DNA of 64,000 nucleotides from an uncultured delta proteobacterium (GTDB lineage Bacteria > Desulfobacterota > GWC2-55-46). Shown here in pieces: positions 7,724 to 15,486 of the stretch. Under the pieces are notes generated by a model. That model was not told the DNA's origin. It did not search any database and saw only the letters and a list, made by a program, of their open reading frames with translations. The stretch spans positions 108,844-172,843 of the forward strand of contig CAVSHY010000024.1 in NCBI GenBank assembly GCA_963727865.1, in the 5' to 3' direction. Positions within the stretch are counted from its first letter, which is position 1, and each line of letters opens with the position of its first letter. A program made the position numbers and the translations under genes.

Positions 7724-10144
7724 TCAGTCCAGCGGCTCCTCCATTTCGGACCTTCTCGTTGTGCCGGGTTTTGAACCGTTATCCATCATGAAGAAATTCG
7801 TTGAACGCGCCTTTTCTTTAGCGGTCGATTTTTCCGTGGGCGCAGTGCCCGCCTTGAAGACCTCGAACAGAGGGTCCTCGGTCGAGGGGCCCGCTAAAAG
7901 ACCGTTTTCAGGGTCGATCTTTACGAACTCCACGCCTTCCGGTATCTGAAAGTTTCTTACCGGGGTTCCAGCCGTAGCCTCTTTCATGAACTTAAGCCAT
8001 ATGGGGAGCGCCGCCATCGCCCCTGTTTCTTTTCTTCCGAGCTGCTTCTGCTCATCGTACCCGACCCACGTGCCCGCCGCGAGGCCCGGCACGTACCCTA
8101 TGAACCACGCGTCGTCCAGATCGTTCGTTGTCCCGGTTTTACCGGCGGCAGGCCTGCCGAGGGCTTTTGCCCTCTGGCCGGTGCCTCTTTCGATTACGCT
8201 CTGAAGAAGGCTCGTCATGACGTAAGAGGTCGCCGGATTTAATACCGGGGTCAGGTTTGGAGAGTTCTCTTCAAGGACCGCGCCTTCCTTATCGAGTATC
8301 TTTGTCACGAAGAGCGGCTGGGGCCTGTTGCCCAGATTGGCGAAGGTTGAAAAAGCCGTCGTTAGTTCCATGAGCGACACGGAAGACGACCCAAGGGCGA
8401 AGGAAAGGTCCCTGTTCAAAGGCGTTGTGATGCCGAGGGACCTCGCGTATGTTATGGCGTAATCGACCCCGATATCCTTTAATATCTTAATGGTGATTAT
8501 GTTCCTGGACCGTGCCAGGGCCGTCCTTACCGTGGTAGGCCCGAGGAACTGCTCGTCATAGTTCCTCGGCCTCCACTGGCCCTCGTTAACCACCTCGTCG
8601 AAGACGAGGGGCGAGTCCATTACGATGGTGGCGGGGGTGTAGTTTTTATCTATCGCTGCCGCGTATATTACAGGTTTAAAGGCCGACCCCGGCTGCCTTA
8701 AAGACTGCGTGGCCCTGTTGAACTGTGTCTTGGAAAAATCAGAGCCGCCGACGAGAGCGCGCACGAAACCCGTCTCGGGCTCTATGGCAAAGAGAGACGC
8801 CTGGGCGGAAGGGGGCTGTTCAAGCCTTAAAGGTATGGGAGAGGAGTTAGCGCTTGAAGAGTCCTTTACCATTACCTCTATGACGTCGCCCGGATGGAAA
8901 AGGCGCTTGAGATCAGCGTACTTTCCGTCCGGCTCGTTCGTCGGATTGTACAGCTTCGCCCATTCGAGATCCGGCCTGGAAATTACCCCCTGAAGGCTTC
9001 CCACGGCGGCGTTTAAAGACATATCCTTCAAATTTACCGAGGTAATAACGCCCTCATACGGTGTGCCTTCTTCAAGGCGGAGGTTATGGATCTTTTTATC
9101 GGTTTCAGCGAGGAAGGCGTCGATATCTTCCTTTGATTTCAGGGTGGAAAGAGCCCCCCTGTAGCCCCTTCTTTTGTCATATTCCCTGAGCCCGTCCCGA
9201 ACGGCGGCGTTGGCGGCCTTCTGCATCTCCACATCAAGGGTCGTGTAGACCTTGAGGCCCCCTTTGTAGAGGAGATCATCGCCGAATTTTTCCTCGATGT
9301 ACCTCCTTACCTGTTCGGTGAAATAAGGGCCCACCCAGAGGGTATCGGTCTTCCTGGGCCTCAGCCTTAGTTTTTCATTTATAGCCCTCTCCGCGGCCTC
9401 ACGGGTTATAAACTGTTCCTCAAGCATCCTGTTGATGATAAATTCCTGGCGTTTTTTGGAAAGCTCAAGGTTCGCGTAGGGCGAATATCTGCTCGGCGCC
9501 TTTGGAAGGCCGGCGATAAGGGCCGATTCGGCTATGTCGAGTTCATTGACGTCTTTTCCGAAGTATGTCTCGGCGGCTGTCTGAACGCCATAGGCGCCGT
9601 TACCGAAGTATATCTGGTTAAGATAAAGGTTCAGTATCTCGTCCTTATTCAGGTTCTTTTCGATCCTGTAAGCCATTATGATCTCGCGGGCCTTCCTCGA
9701 AACCTTCCTTTCGGAAGTGAGGAAGAAGCTCTTGGCGACCTGCTGGGTGATCGTGGACCCCCCCTGGACAATTCTACCGGCCATGATGTTCTTGTAGAGG
9801 GCCCTGAAGATACTCGTGTAGCTTATGCCCTCGTGCTCAAAGAACTTTGTATCCTCCGCCGCGAGAAACGCGTTTATAAAATGCTTCGGCATCCTGCTCA
9901 GAGGGACTACGACCCTCCGCTCTATGTAAAATTCGCCGATTATCCTGCCGTCGTTGGAGTAGACCTGCGTGACAAGGTTTGGATGATAATCCTCGAGGGT
10001 GTTAAGGGAAGGAAGGTCGCGAGTGAAGTAAAAATATGAACCGAGCCCCGCCATAAGAAGCCCCGCCGCTATTAAAAGAAAAAGTTTTAAAAGACGCATT
10101 TTTTTTACAGCACGCCGCGACTCCTGGCCGCGCGCCGCATTCAT
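7724..10144 (-). CDS. mrcA: penicillin-binding protein 1A (bifunctional glycosyltransferase/transpeptidase)
   Basis: 806 aa with an N-terminal TM. It shows GT51 motifs (EDTKFFEHEGI, GGSTITQQ, RKAREI) and transpeptidase motifs (SAFKP, SRN, KTGTT). Confidence 0.9.
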   Translation of the reverse strand: MNAARGQESRRAVKKMRLLKLFLLIAAGLLMAGLGSYFYFTRDLPSLNTLEDYHPNLVTQVYSNDGRIIGEFYIERRVVVPLSRMPKHFINAFLAAEDTKFFEHEGISYTSIFRALYKNIMAGRIVQGGSTITQQVAKSFFLTSERKVSRKAREIIMAYRIEKNLNKDEILNLYLNQIYFGNGAYGVQTAAETYFGKDVNELDIAESALIAGLPKAPSRYSPYANLELSKKRQEFIINRMLEEQFITREAAERAINEKLRLRPRKTDTLWVGPYFTEQVRRYIEEKFGDDLLYKGGLKVYTTLDVEMQKAANAAVRDGLREYDKRRGYRGALSTLKSKEDIDAFLAETDKKIHNLRLEEGTPYEGVITSVNLKDMSLNAAVGSLQGVISRPDLEWAKLYNPTNEPDGKYADLKRLFHPGDVIEVMVKDSSSANSSPIPLRLEQPPSAQASLFAIEPETGFVRALVGGSDFSKTQFNRATQSLRQPGSAFKPVIYAAAIDKNYTPATIVMDSPLVFDEVVNEGQWRPRNYDEQFLGPTTVRTALARSRNIITIKILKDIGVDYAITYARSLGITTPLNRDLSFALGSSSVSLMELTTAFSTFANLGNRPQPLFVTKILDKEGAVLEENSPNLTPVLNPATSYVMTSLLQSVIERGTGQRAKALGRPAAGKTGTTNDLDDAWFIGYVPGLAAGTWVGYDEQKQLGRKETGAMAALPIWLKFMKEATAGTPVRNFQIPEGVEFVKIDPENGLLAGPSTEDPLFEVFKAGTAPTEKSTAKEKARSTNFFMMDNGSKPGTTRRSEMEEPLD

Positions 10145-10375
10145 CCTTGTTGGATAGCTCTTCCGGGCAGAACCCGATAATACGCCCCGGAAACCGCCTT
10201 AAAGCCTTTCGTTACTCGTCTGGCAGGCCGCTTCTTAACGTATATTAAAAATATAACAAAAATACTGTGATAAAGCAATGATTAAAGGCCTTTTCCTAAA
10301 ACCCTGAGGCAGCGCAATTAATCGATTCCGGGCCTATTCAGTTATTGAAAATTTAAGCTTTTTGCGTTAAATTAT

Positions 10376-12577
10376 ATGTATATGGTCAGATTAGAGGAAA
10401 TTCTTGAAAAAGCGGCCGCTTACAACCCGACCGCCGACCTGGATATTATTAAGAAGGCATACGTGTTTTCAGGTATGGTCCATCAGGGCCAGGTCAGGGT
10501 CTCGGGAGAACCTTACCTCAATCACCCCCTTGAAGTCGCCAACATACTTGCGGCCCTTAAAATGGACCCGCAGACCCTGGCGACTGGGCTCCTTCACGAT
10601 ACCGTGGAGGATACTCATACCACGGTGGAGAAGATCGAAGAGGTTTTCGGACCCGAGATCGCCCAGCTCGTGGACGGGCTTACCAAGTTAAGCCGCATTA
10701 CCTTTGATAAGAAAGAGGACCATGACGCCGAGAACTTCCGCAAGATGATCCTTGCCATGGGCAAGGACATAAGGATCATCCTTGTAAAACTCGCGGACAG
10801 GCTCCACAACATGAGGACTCTGGGCGCCCTTGACCCGGCCAGGCAGAAGAAGATCGCGAGAGAGACCATCGACATATACGCGCCGCTGGCTAACAGGCTC
10901 GGCATCGGATGGATAAAGACCGAGCTTGAAGACCTCGCGTTTATGTACCTCGAGCCGGAGAGATACGCCTGGCTCAAGGAGAGGGTGGAAAAGGAGAATG
11001 ACTTCAGGGAAAATTACATAAAAGAAGTCAAGGGGATGATCGAGGAGAAGCTCACGGAACAGAAGATCGAAGGCGAGGTGACCGGCAGGCCCAAACAGCT
11101 CTACAGCATCAATAAAAAGATGGTCGACCAGGACGTGGAATTCGAGAACATATACGACATCATCGCCTTCAGGGTCACCGTAAAAAGCGTAAAGGACTGT
11201 TACGAGGTTCTCGGGATCGTCCACTCGATATGGAAGCCCGTGCCCGGAAGGTTCAAGGACTATATAGCGATACCCAAGGCCAACATGTACCAGTCGCTCC
11301 ATACGACCGTTGTAGGCCCTTACGGGGTAAGGATGGAAGTGCAGATCAGGACTGAGGAGATGCACAGGGTCGCCGAGTACGGTATCGCGGCGCACTGGAA
11401 ATACAAGGAAGGAAAGATATTCGACCGTAAGGACGAGAAAAGCTTCGCCTGGCTGAGGCAACTCCTTGAATGGCAGAGGGATCTGAAGGATTCAGACGAG
11501 TTCCTGGAGTCGTTGAAGGTCGACCTTTTCCCGACGGAAGTCTTTGTGTTCACCCCCAAGGGCGCCGTCAAGGAATTCCCGGCCGGGGCGACCCCGGTTG
11601 ATTTCGCCTACGCCATTCATACGGATGTAGGGAACAGGTGCTCGGGGGCAAGGGTAAACGGCAGGATGGTTCCCCTGAAGTATAAACTCAGGAACGGCGA
11701 TGTCGTGGAGATAATCACTTCCCAGGGCCACAATCCGAGCAAGGACTGGCTTAAGTTCGTCATAAGTTCGAGGGCAAAGACGAGGATAAGGCACTGGATA
11801 AAGACCGAGGAGAGGACTGAGAGCATCGCCCTCGGTAAGGAAATCTGCGAAAAAGAGTTCAGCAAGCACGGGCTTGAATACGCGAAGCTTATTAAATCGG
11901 GCGACATTGAAAGGATCGCCCGCGACGGTTTCGGGATACAGGGTATAGACAGCCTCCTTGCGTCAATAGGTTACGGGAAGGTGTCGGTCCTGCAGCTTCT
12001 CGGGAAGATCCTGCCTCAGGATAAGATCGAACCGAAGCATAAGTTCTCATTCCTCAAGATGTTCGACAAGTTGAAACCCGGATCCAAAGTCGAGAAAGGG
12101 GCCAACGCCGTCATTGTCCGCGGGGTGGAAGACGTCATGGTAAGGTTCGCCAAATGCTGCAATCCGCTTCCGGGCGACGAGATCCGGGGTTTTATAACCC
12201 AGGGGCAGGGTGTGGCGATCCACGCGGCGGGCTGCCCGAACCTTATCAATATCGATAAAGAGAGAAGGATAGAAGTGGCATGGGATAAGAAGGCCATGGC
12301 GGCAAGGCCGGTAAAGATCCAGGTGATATCAAGGAACGAGAAAGGTCTTCTCGCCGAGATGTCAAACGCGATAAAGGCCGCTGACGCTAATATCTCGAGC
12401 GCCGATATAAGGACCAACAGCGAGAACAGGGCCGTGTGCACGTTTGAGGTCGAGGTAAACGACCTGGCGCACCTTAAATCGATAATAAAATCCCTGCAGA
12501 AGATTAAAAAAGTTCTGAAAGTGGAACGCATCAGGAAGGATCTATCCAAGGAAAGCGATCAGGAAAGTTCTCTCTGA
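10376..12577 (+). CDS. relA: bifunctional (p)ppGpp synthetase/hydrolase (RelA/SpoT family)
   Basis: 733 aa. It has an HD domain (HDTVEDT), a RelA_SpoT synthetase region (YQSLHTTV), a TGS domain and a C-terminal ACT-like domain. Confidence 0.9.
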   Translation: MYMVRLEEILEKAAAYNPTADLDIIKKAYVFSGMVHQGQVRVSGEPYLNHPLEVANILAALKMDPQTLATGLLHDTVEDTHTTVEKIEEVFGPEIAQLVDGLTKLSRITFDKKEDHDAENFRKMILAMGKDIRIILVKLADRLHNMRTLGALDPARQKKIARETIDIYAPLANRLGIGWIKTELEDLAFMYLEPERYAWLKERVEKENDFRENYIKEVKGMIEEKLTEQKIEGEVTGRPKQLYSINKKMVDQDVEFENIYDIIAFRVTVKSVKDCYEVLGIVHSIWKPVPGRFKDYIAIPKANMYQSLHTTVVGPYGVRMEVQIRTEEMHRVAEYGIAAHWKYKEGKIFDRKDEKSFAWLRQLLEWQRDLKDSDEFLESLKVDLFPTEVFVFTPKGAVKEFPAGATPVDFAYAIHTDVGNRCSGARVNGRMVPLKYKLRNGDVVEIITSQGHNPSKDWLKFVISSRAKTRIRHWIKTEERTESIALGKEICEKEFSKHGLEYAKLIKSGDIERIARDGFGIQGIDSLLASIGYGKVSVLQLLGKILPQDKIEPKHKFSFLKMFDKLKPGSKVEKGANAVIVRGVEDVMVRFAKCCNPLPGDEIRGFITQGQGVAIHAAGCPNLINIDKERRIEVAWDKKAMAARPVKIQVISRNEKGLLAEMSNAIKAADANISSADIRTNSENRAVCTFEVEVNDLAHLKSIIKSLQKIKKVLKVERIRKDLSKESDQESSL

Positions 12578-12612
12578 CAGGGCTCCGGAAAAGAGCGGCC
12601 TGCCGGATAATT

Positions 12613-12646
12613 CAAAATTCTCCGCCATAAATGACGGAGAATTTTG
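12613..12646 (+). terminator. 12-bp perfect hairpin after relA/spoT (CAAAATTCTCCG-N10-CGGAGAATTTTG)
   Basis: The inverted repeat was read directly, 36 nt after the stop codon. It lacks a clean T-run. Confidence 0.4.
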
Positions 12647-12747
12647 ATGGTATGGTAAGGAAAAATCACTTATATTTGCCAGCCTTGACCCGCAGCTAAA
12701 GCGACGGGATTGCGGCTGGCAGACCCATTCCATGATAAGGAGGGCCA

Positions 12748-13140
12748 GTGAGAAAACAGGAGATAAAGACAAACTGGGCCCCGGCCGCGATCGGCCCCTA
12801 CTCGCAGGGGATTAAGGCGGAAGGCATGATATTCCTCTCCGGCCAGATACCGGTTGATCCGCTTTCCGGCGAAGTAATCCCAGGCGGCATAGCCGCCCAG
12901 ACAAGGCAGGTTCTGAAAAACCTGCGGATGGTCCTTGAGGAGGCGGGAGGGGGCCTTAACGACGTAGTAAAAACTACGGTCTTCCTCAAGGATTTATCAA
13001 AGTTCGGCGAGATGAATAGCGTCTACGGAGAATATTTCGCGCAGCCTTATCCGGCAAGGGCTACCGTCGGTGTAAACGCTTTGCCCAAAGGGGTTGAAAT
13101 AGAGATAGACGCGATAGCGGTAATAGACGATAAAAAATAA
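12748..13140 (+). CDS. ridA: RidA/YjgF-family reactive intermediate deaminase
   Basis: 130 aa. APAAIGPYSQG...GQIP...TTVFL...ARATVGV are typical of the family. It has an AGGAGG RBS and a GTG start. Confidence 0.85.
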   Translation: MRKQEIKTNWAPAAIGPYSQGIKAEGMIFLSGQIPVDPLSGEVIPGGIAAQTRQVLKNLRMVLEEAGGGLNDVVKTTVFLKDLSKFGEMNSVYGEYFAQPYPARATVGVNALPKGVEIEIDAIAVIDDKK

Positions 13141-13327
13141 AAATGCCTGGCGGGATTATTTCCGGGGATAAGCCCGGGGAGCTTCAGTTCCAGAGACGGT
13201 GCTTTAAGGTCATGCGCCAGTATTGTAAAAAGTTGTAGCCGTAGAAAAGTTTTTCAGCTAAAATCCCTGCCTGCCTGTTTACAGCCGGCAGGGATAGTTT
13301 ACAGAAAGGATTGAGGGGGGAATCTTA

Positions 13328-13519
13328 TCAGGCCGCCTTTGTAACGGCGCCCGAGCGTATGCACCTGGTACAGACCGTTATTTTCTTTGTCTTACCCTGG
13401 TGAATCGCGCGTACTGTCTGCAGATTAGGATTCCATCTTCTTTTGGTCTTATTATGCGCGTGGCTGACGTTATTGCCAAAGCCTGGACCCTTTCCGCATA
13501 TATCGCATTTGGCTGACAT
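13328..13519 (-). CDS. rpmB: 50S ribosomal protein L28
   Basis: [34 protein letters not shown] matches the L28 pattern. A GGAGG RBS sits upstream of this internal ATG, so the ORF-track start at 13567 is an over-extension. Confidence 0.9.
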   Translation of the reverse strand: MSAKCDICGKGPGFGNNVSHAHNKTKRRWNPNLQTVRAIHQGKTKKITVCTRCIRSGAVTKAA

Positions 13520-13620
13520 GTTCCTGCTACCTCCAGTTAAAAAATTTATGAATCTAAAATCTAACACAGATTTTTTAGTTTTGCAAGTTTTTTTAAACCG
13601 TAGCCCTGGAACCCGAGAAA

Positions 13621-14211
13621 ATGAAAAGACGCGTTTACCTCGCCCTATCAGGATTTTTCATGGTATTTGTTCTGTACCTTTTTATCGATTTCGCCAGGGA
13701 CACGGAAAATTACATACAGGAGGCTTACAGGGCCGATGCTATCGTGGTCCTGACCGGAGGAAAGGGCAGGGCTCGGGTCGGGCTTAATCTTTTAAGGAAA
13801 GGCTCGGCAGGGTTACTTATAATAAGCGGGGTAAACAGGGACGCTGACCTCGACTCGATATTCCTTAATCAGATAAGCGGCCCCGAGAGGGTTAATATAA
13901 TTTTAGAGAAGAGGTCGAGAAGCACATATGAAAACGCCGTTGAGGTAAGAAGGCTTATGGAGGAGAGGGGCCTTAAGTCAATGCTACTTATCACGTCGGT
14001 ATATCACATGAAAAGGGCGGCCTATGTCTTCAGCAAAGTTATGCCGCCGGGGATAAAAGTAGCGACATATAGCGTCAAAACCACGAGCTTCGACGAAAAA
14101 AAATGGTGGTTCGGTAATTCGCTCGCGATCCTTGCCGTTGAGTTTATAAAATACTACTGGTACGTGATACGGTTTTCCCTGAGCCATTTTACTTTAGCTC
14201 GGGCAAGATGA
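13621..14211 (+). CDS. DUF218 (YdcF/ElyC/SanA-like) domain membrane protein
   Basis: 196 aa with an N-terminal TM. IVVLTGG...LLISG...STYENA...[11 protein letters not shown] is typical of DUF218. Confidence 0.75.
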   Translation: MKRRVYLALSGFFMVFVLYLFIDFARDTENYIQEAYRADAIVVLTGGKGRARVGLNLLRKGSAGLLIISGVNRDADLDSIFLNQISGPERVNIILEKRSRSTYENAVEVRRLMEERGLKSMLLITSVYHMKRAAYVFSKVMPPGIKVATYSVKTTSFDEKKWWFGNSLAILAVEFIKYYWYVIRFSLSHFTLARAR

Positions 14212-14341
14212 ACTGATTTTCAGCGGCCTGCCGATTCACAGGAACCGGAAAGAGGAACCGGATTTGAAGGGACGAACCATGTTATGTTGGTAAAAATAGA
14301 AACAGTTTTTTAGCGGCTTTTTATCCGGAGGCTAATATTCC

Positions 14342-14369
14342 TTGACAGGTTAATCCGTTGTGATAAAAT
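14342..14369 (+). promoter_or_regulatory. strong sigma70-like promoter with an extended -10 (TTGACA-N16-TGA-TAAAAT) upstream of tRNA-Gly
   Basis: TTGACA at 14342-14347 and TAAAAT at 14364-14369, preceded by TG. Confidence 0.5.
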
Positions 14370-14433
14370 TTTAAACCTCTTGGTTTTTTAGTTGTAAAAA
14401 CTTCAAACCATAATTTAATTTTTTTATGGTTCT

Positions 14434-14509
14434 GCGGGAGTAGCTCAGTTGGTAGAGCGCAACCTTGCCAAGGTTGAGGTCGCGGGTTCGAGACCCGTCT
14501 CCCGCTCCA
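14434..14509 (+). tRNA. tRNA-Gly (anticodon GCC), CCA encoded
   Basis: I folded the cloverleaf by hand. The acceptor is GCGGGAG/CTCCCGC, the anticodon loop is TTGCCAA and the T-loop is TTCGAGA. It is 76 nt long. Confidence 0.95.
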
Positions 14510-14554
14510 GAAAATCCGGTCCCCCATGCTTTATTCATCATTTCAGGTGTCTGT

Positions 14555-14986
14555 ATGAAAAACACAAGCAGGATGGAAACCCTCAAGTCCTACCTTGAGA
14601 CAAAGGGGCTTAAATCAACCTCGCAGAGGGATTTTATAGTTGATATATTCTTTAAAACGAATACGCACATAAGCCTGGAAGAACTTCTCAAAAAGGTTAA
14701 GAGGAAGACCCCGAATATCGGCTACGCGACCGTTTACAGGACGATGAAGATTCTCACAGAGTGCGGGTTAGCCGTGGCAAGGCAGTTCGGTGACGGCCAG
14801 ACAAGGTACGAGAACATCCCCGAGGACGGGCATCATGACCATATCATATGCATAAAATGCTCGAAGATAGCCGAATTCCAGAACCAGAAGATCGAGCAGC
14901 TTCAGGCAGAGGCAGCTAAAAAACTCGGTTTTACCGTCATTAACCACAAGCTCGAGCTCTACGGCTACTGCGACGACTGCGCGTAA
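14555..14986 (+). CDS. fur: Fur-family metalloregulator
   Basis: MKNTS...TSQRDFIV...GYATVYRTMK...HHDHIICIKCSK...CDDC matches the Fur family. The ORF-track N-terminus (14465) overlaps the tRNA and is rejected. Confidence 0.85.
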   Translation: MKNTSRMETLKSYLETKGLKSTSQRDFIVDIFFKTNTHISLEELLKKVKRKTPNIGYATVYRTMKILTECGLAVARQFGDGQTRYENIPEDGHHDHIICIKCSKIAEFQNQKIEQLQAEAAKKLGFTVINHKLELYGYCDDCA

Positions 14987-15156
14987 AAAAAATACCCCCC
15001 TGTTGAAAAAGAATGTTATTACCATCTATGGCGCCCATGCCTGGATCCGGCGGTTGCGATTGGCCTAAAACCTCTCGTGAAGCCTCAGAATAAGCGGATA
15101 AGCCTATAAATTGTATAAGAACTGCCCGCCGTTAGTAATGATGGAGGATATATCCA

Positions 15157-15377
15157 TTGAAAATGCATAGCGTTTACCCTTCCCGAAAAAAAGTTGCGCG
15201 GTAAGAGCGAATAGAATTTTTAAAGTCCTGCGCGAGACGCCGTTCTTTTTCAGGTACCACATGAAGGATATTTTTAACGTCCTTCGCGAAACGCCGCTTA
15301 TTTTCAGGTTCTCCATATAGGACTCTGAAAAAACTTACATTTGGAAGATTAAGCGCGGCAAGACGCGGGGAGCTTCA
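15157..15377. repeat. intergenic repeat element, copy A (head + 2 x 54-bp tandem units + tail hairpin + GGGGAGCTTCA)
   Basis: It aligns along its length with 41378-41657. Units start at 15225 and 15279. Confidence 0.75.
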
Positions 15378-15486
15378 ACTTTAAATAACGAAGAAAATAT
15401 ACGCAAAAAAGACCTCAAAAGGCTCTCCCTGATTACCAAAACTCTTCTACCAAACCTCTTTAAATTATGTTAATCTTTTTATACCT

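Noticed and set aside
10688-11461. 257-aa ORF antisense to relA/spoT, and similar long antisense ORFs at 12016-12549, 24309-24878, 25095-25736, 53234-53779 and 37151-37678
   Set aside because: Each lies fully inside a gene with unambiguous family motifs on the other strand. The translations are low-complexity or Arg/Pro/Ser-rich, with no recognisable domains.
13520-13567. 16-codon N-terminal extension of the L28 ORF
   Set aside because: L28 proteins start at MS/MA-x-x-C. A GGAGG RBS precedes the internal ATG at 13519.
14465-14554. N-terminal 30 codons of the ORF-track Fur ORF
   Set aside because: This stretch overlaps the 3' half of tRNA-Gly. The Fur-family alignment begins at MKNTS (14555).
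15104-15316. 70-aa minus-strand ORF (MENLKISGVSRRTLKI...GVSRRTLKI...)
   Set aside because: Its internal repeat is just the translation of the 54-bp tandem DNA units. It has no RBS. The homologous ORF at copy B (41508-41696) has a different sequence and frame context.
15225-15332. Possible mini-CRISPR array (repeated GTCCTnCGCGAGACGCCG about every 54 bp, also at 41451-41612)
   Set aside because: The segments between the 'repeats' are themselves homologous to each other and between loci, so this is a plain tandem repeat. Each locus has only 2-3 units, and the window has no cas genes.
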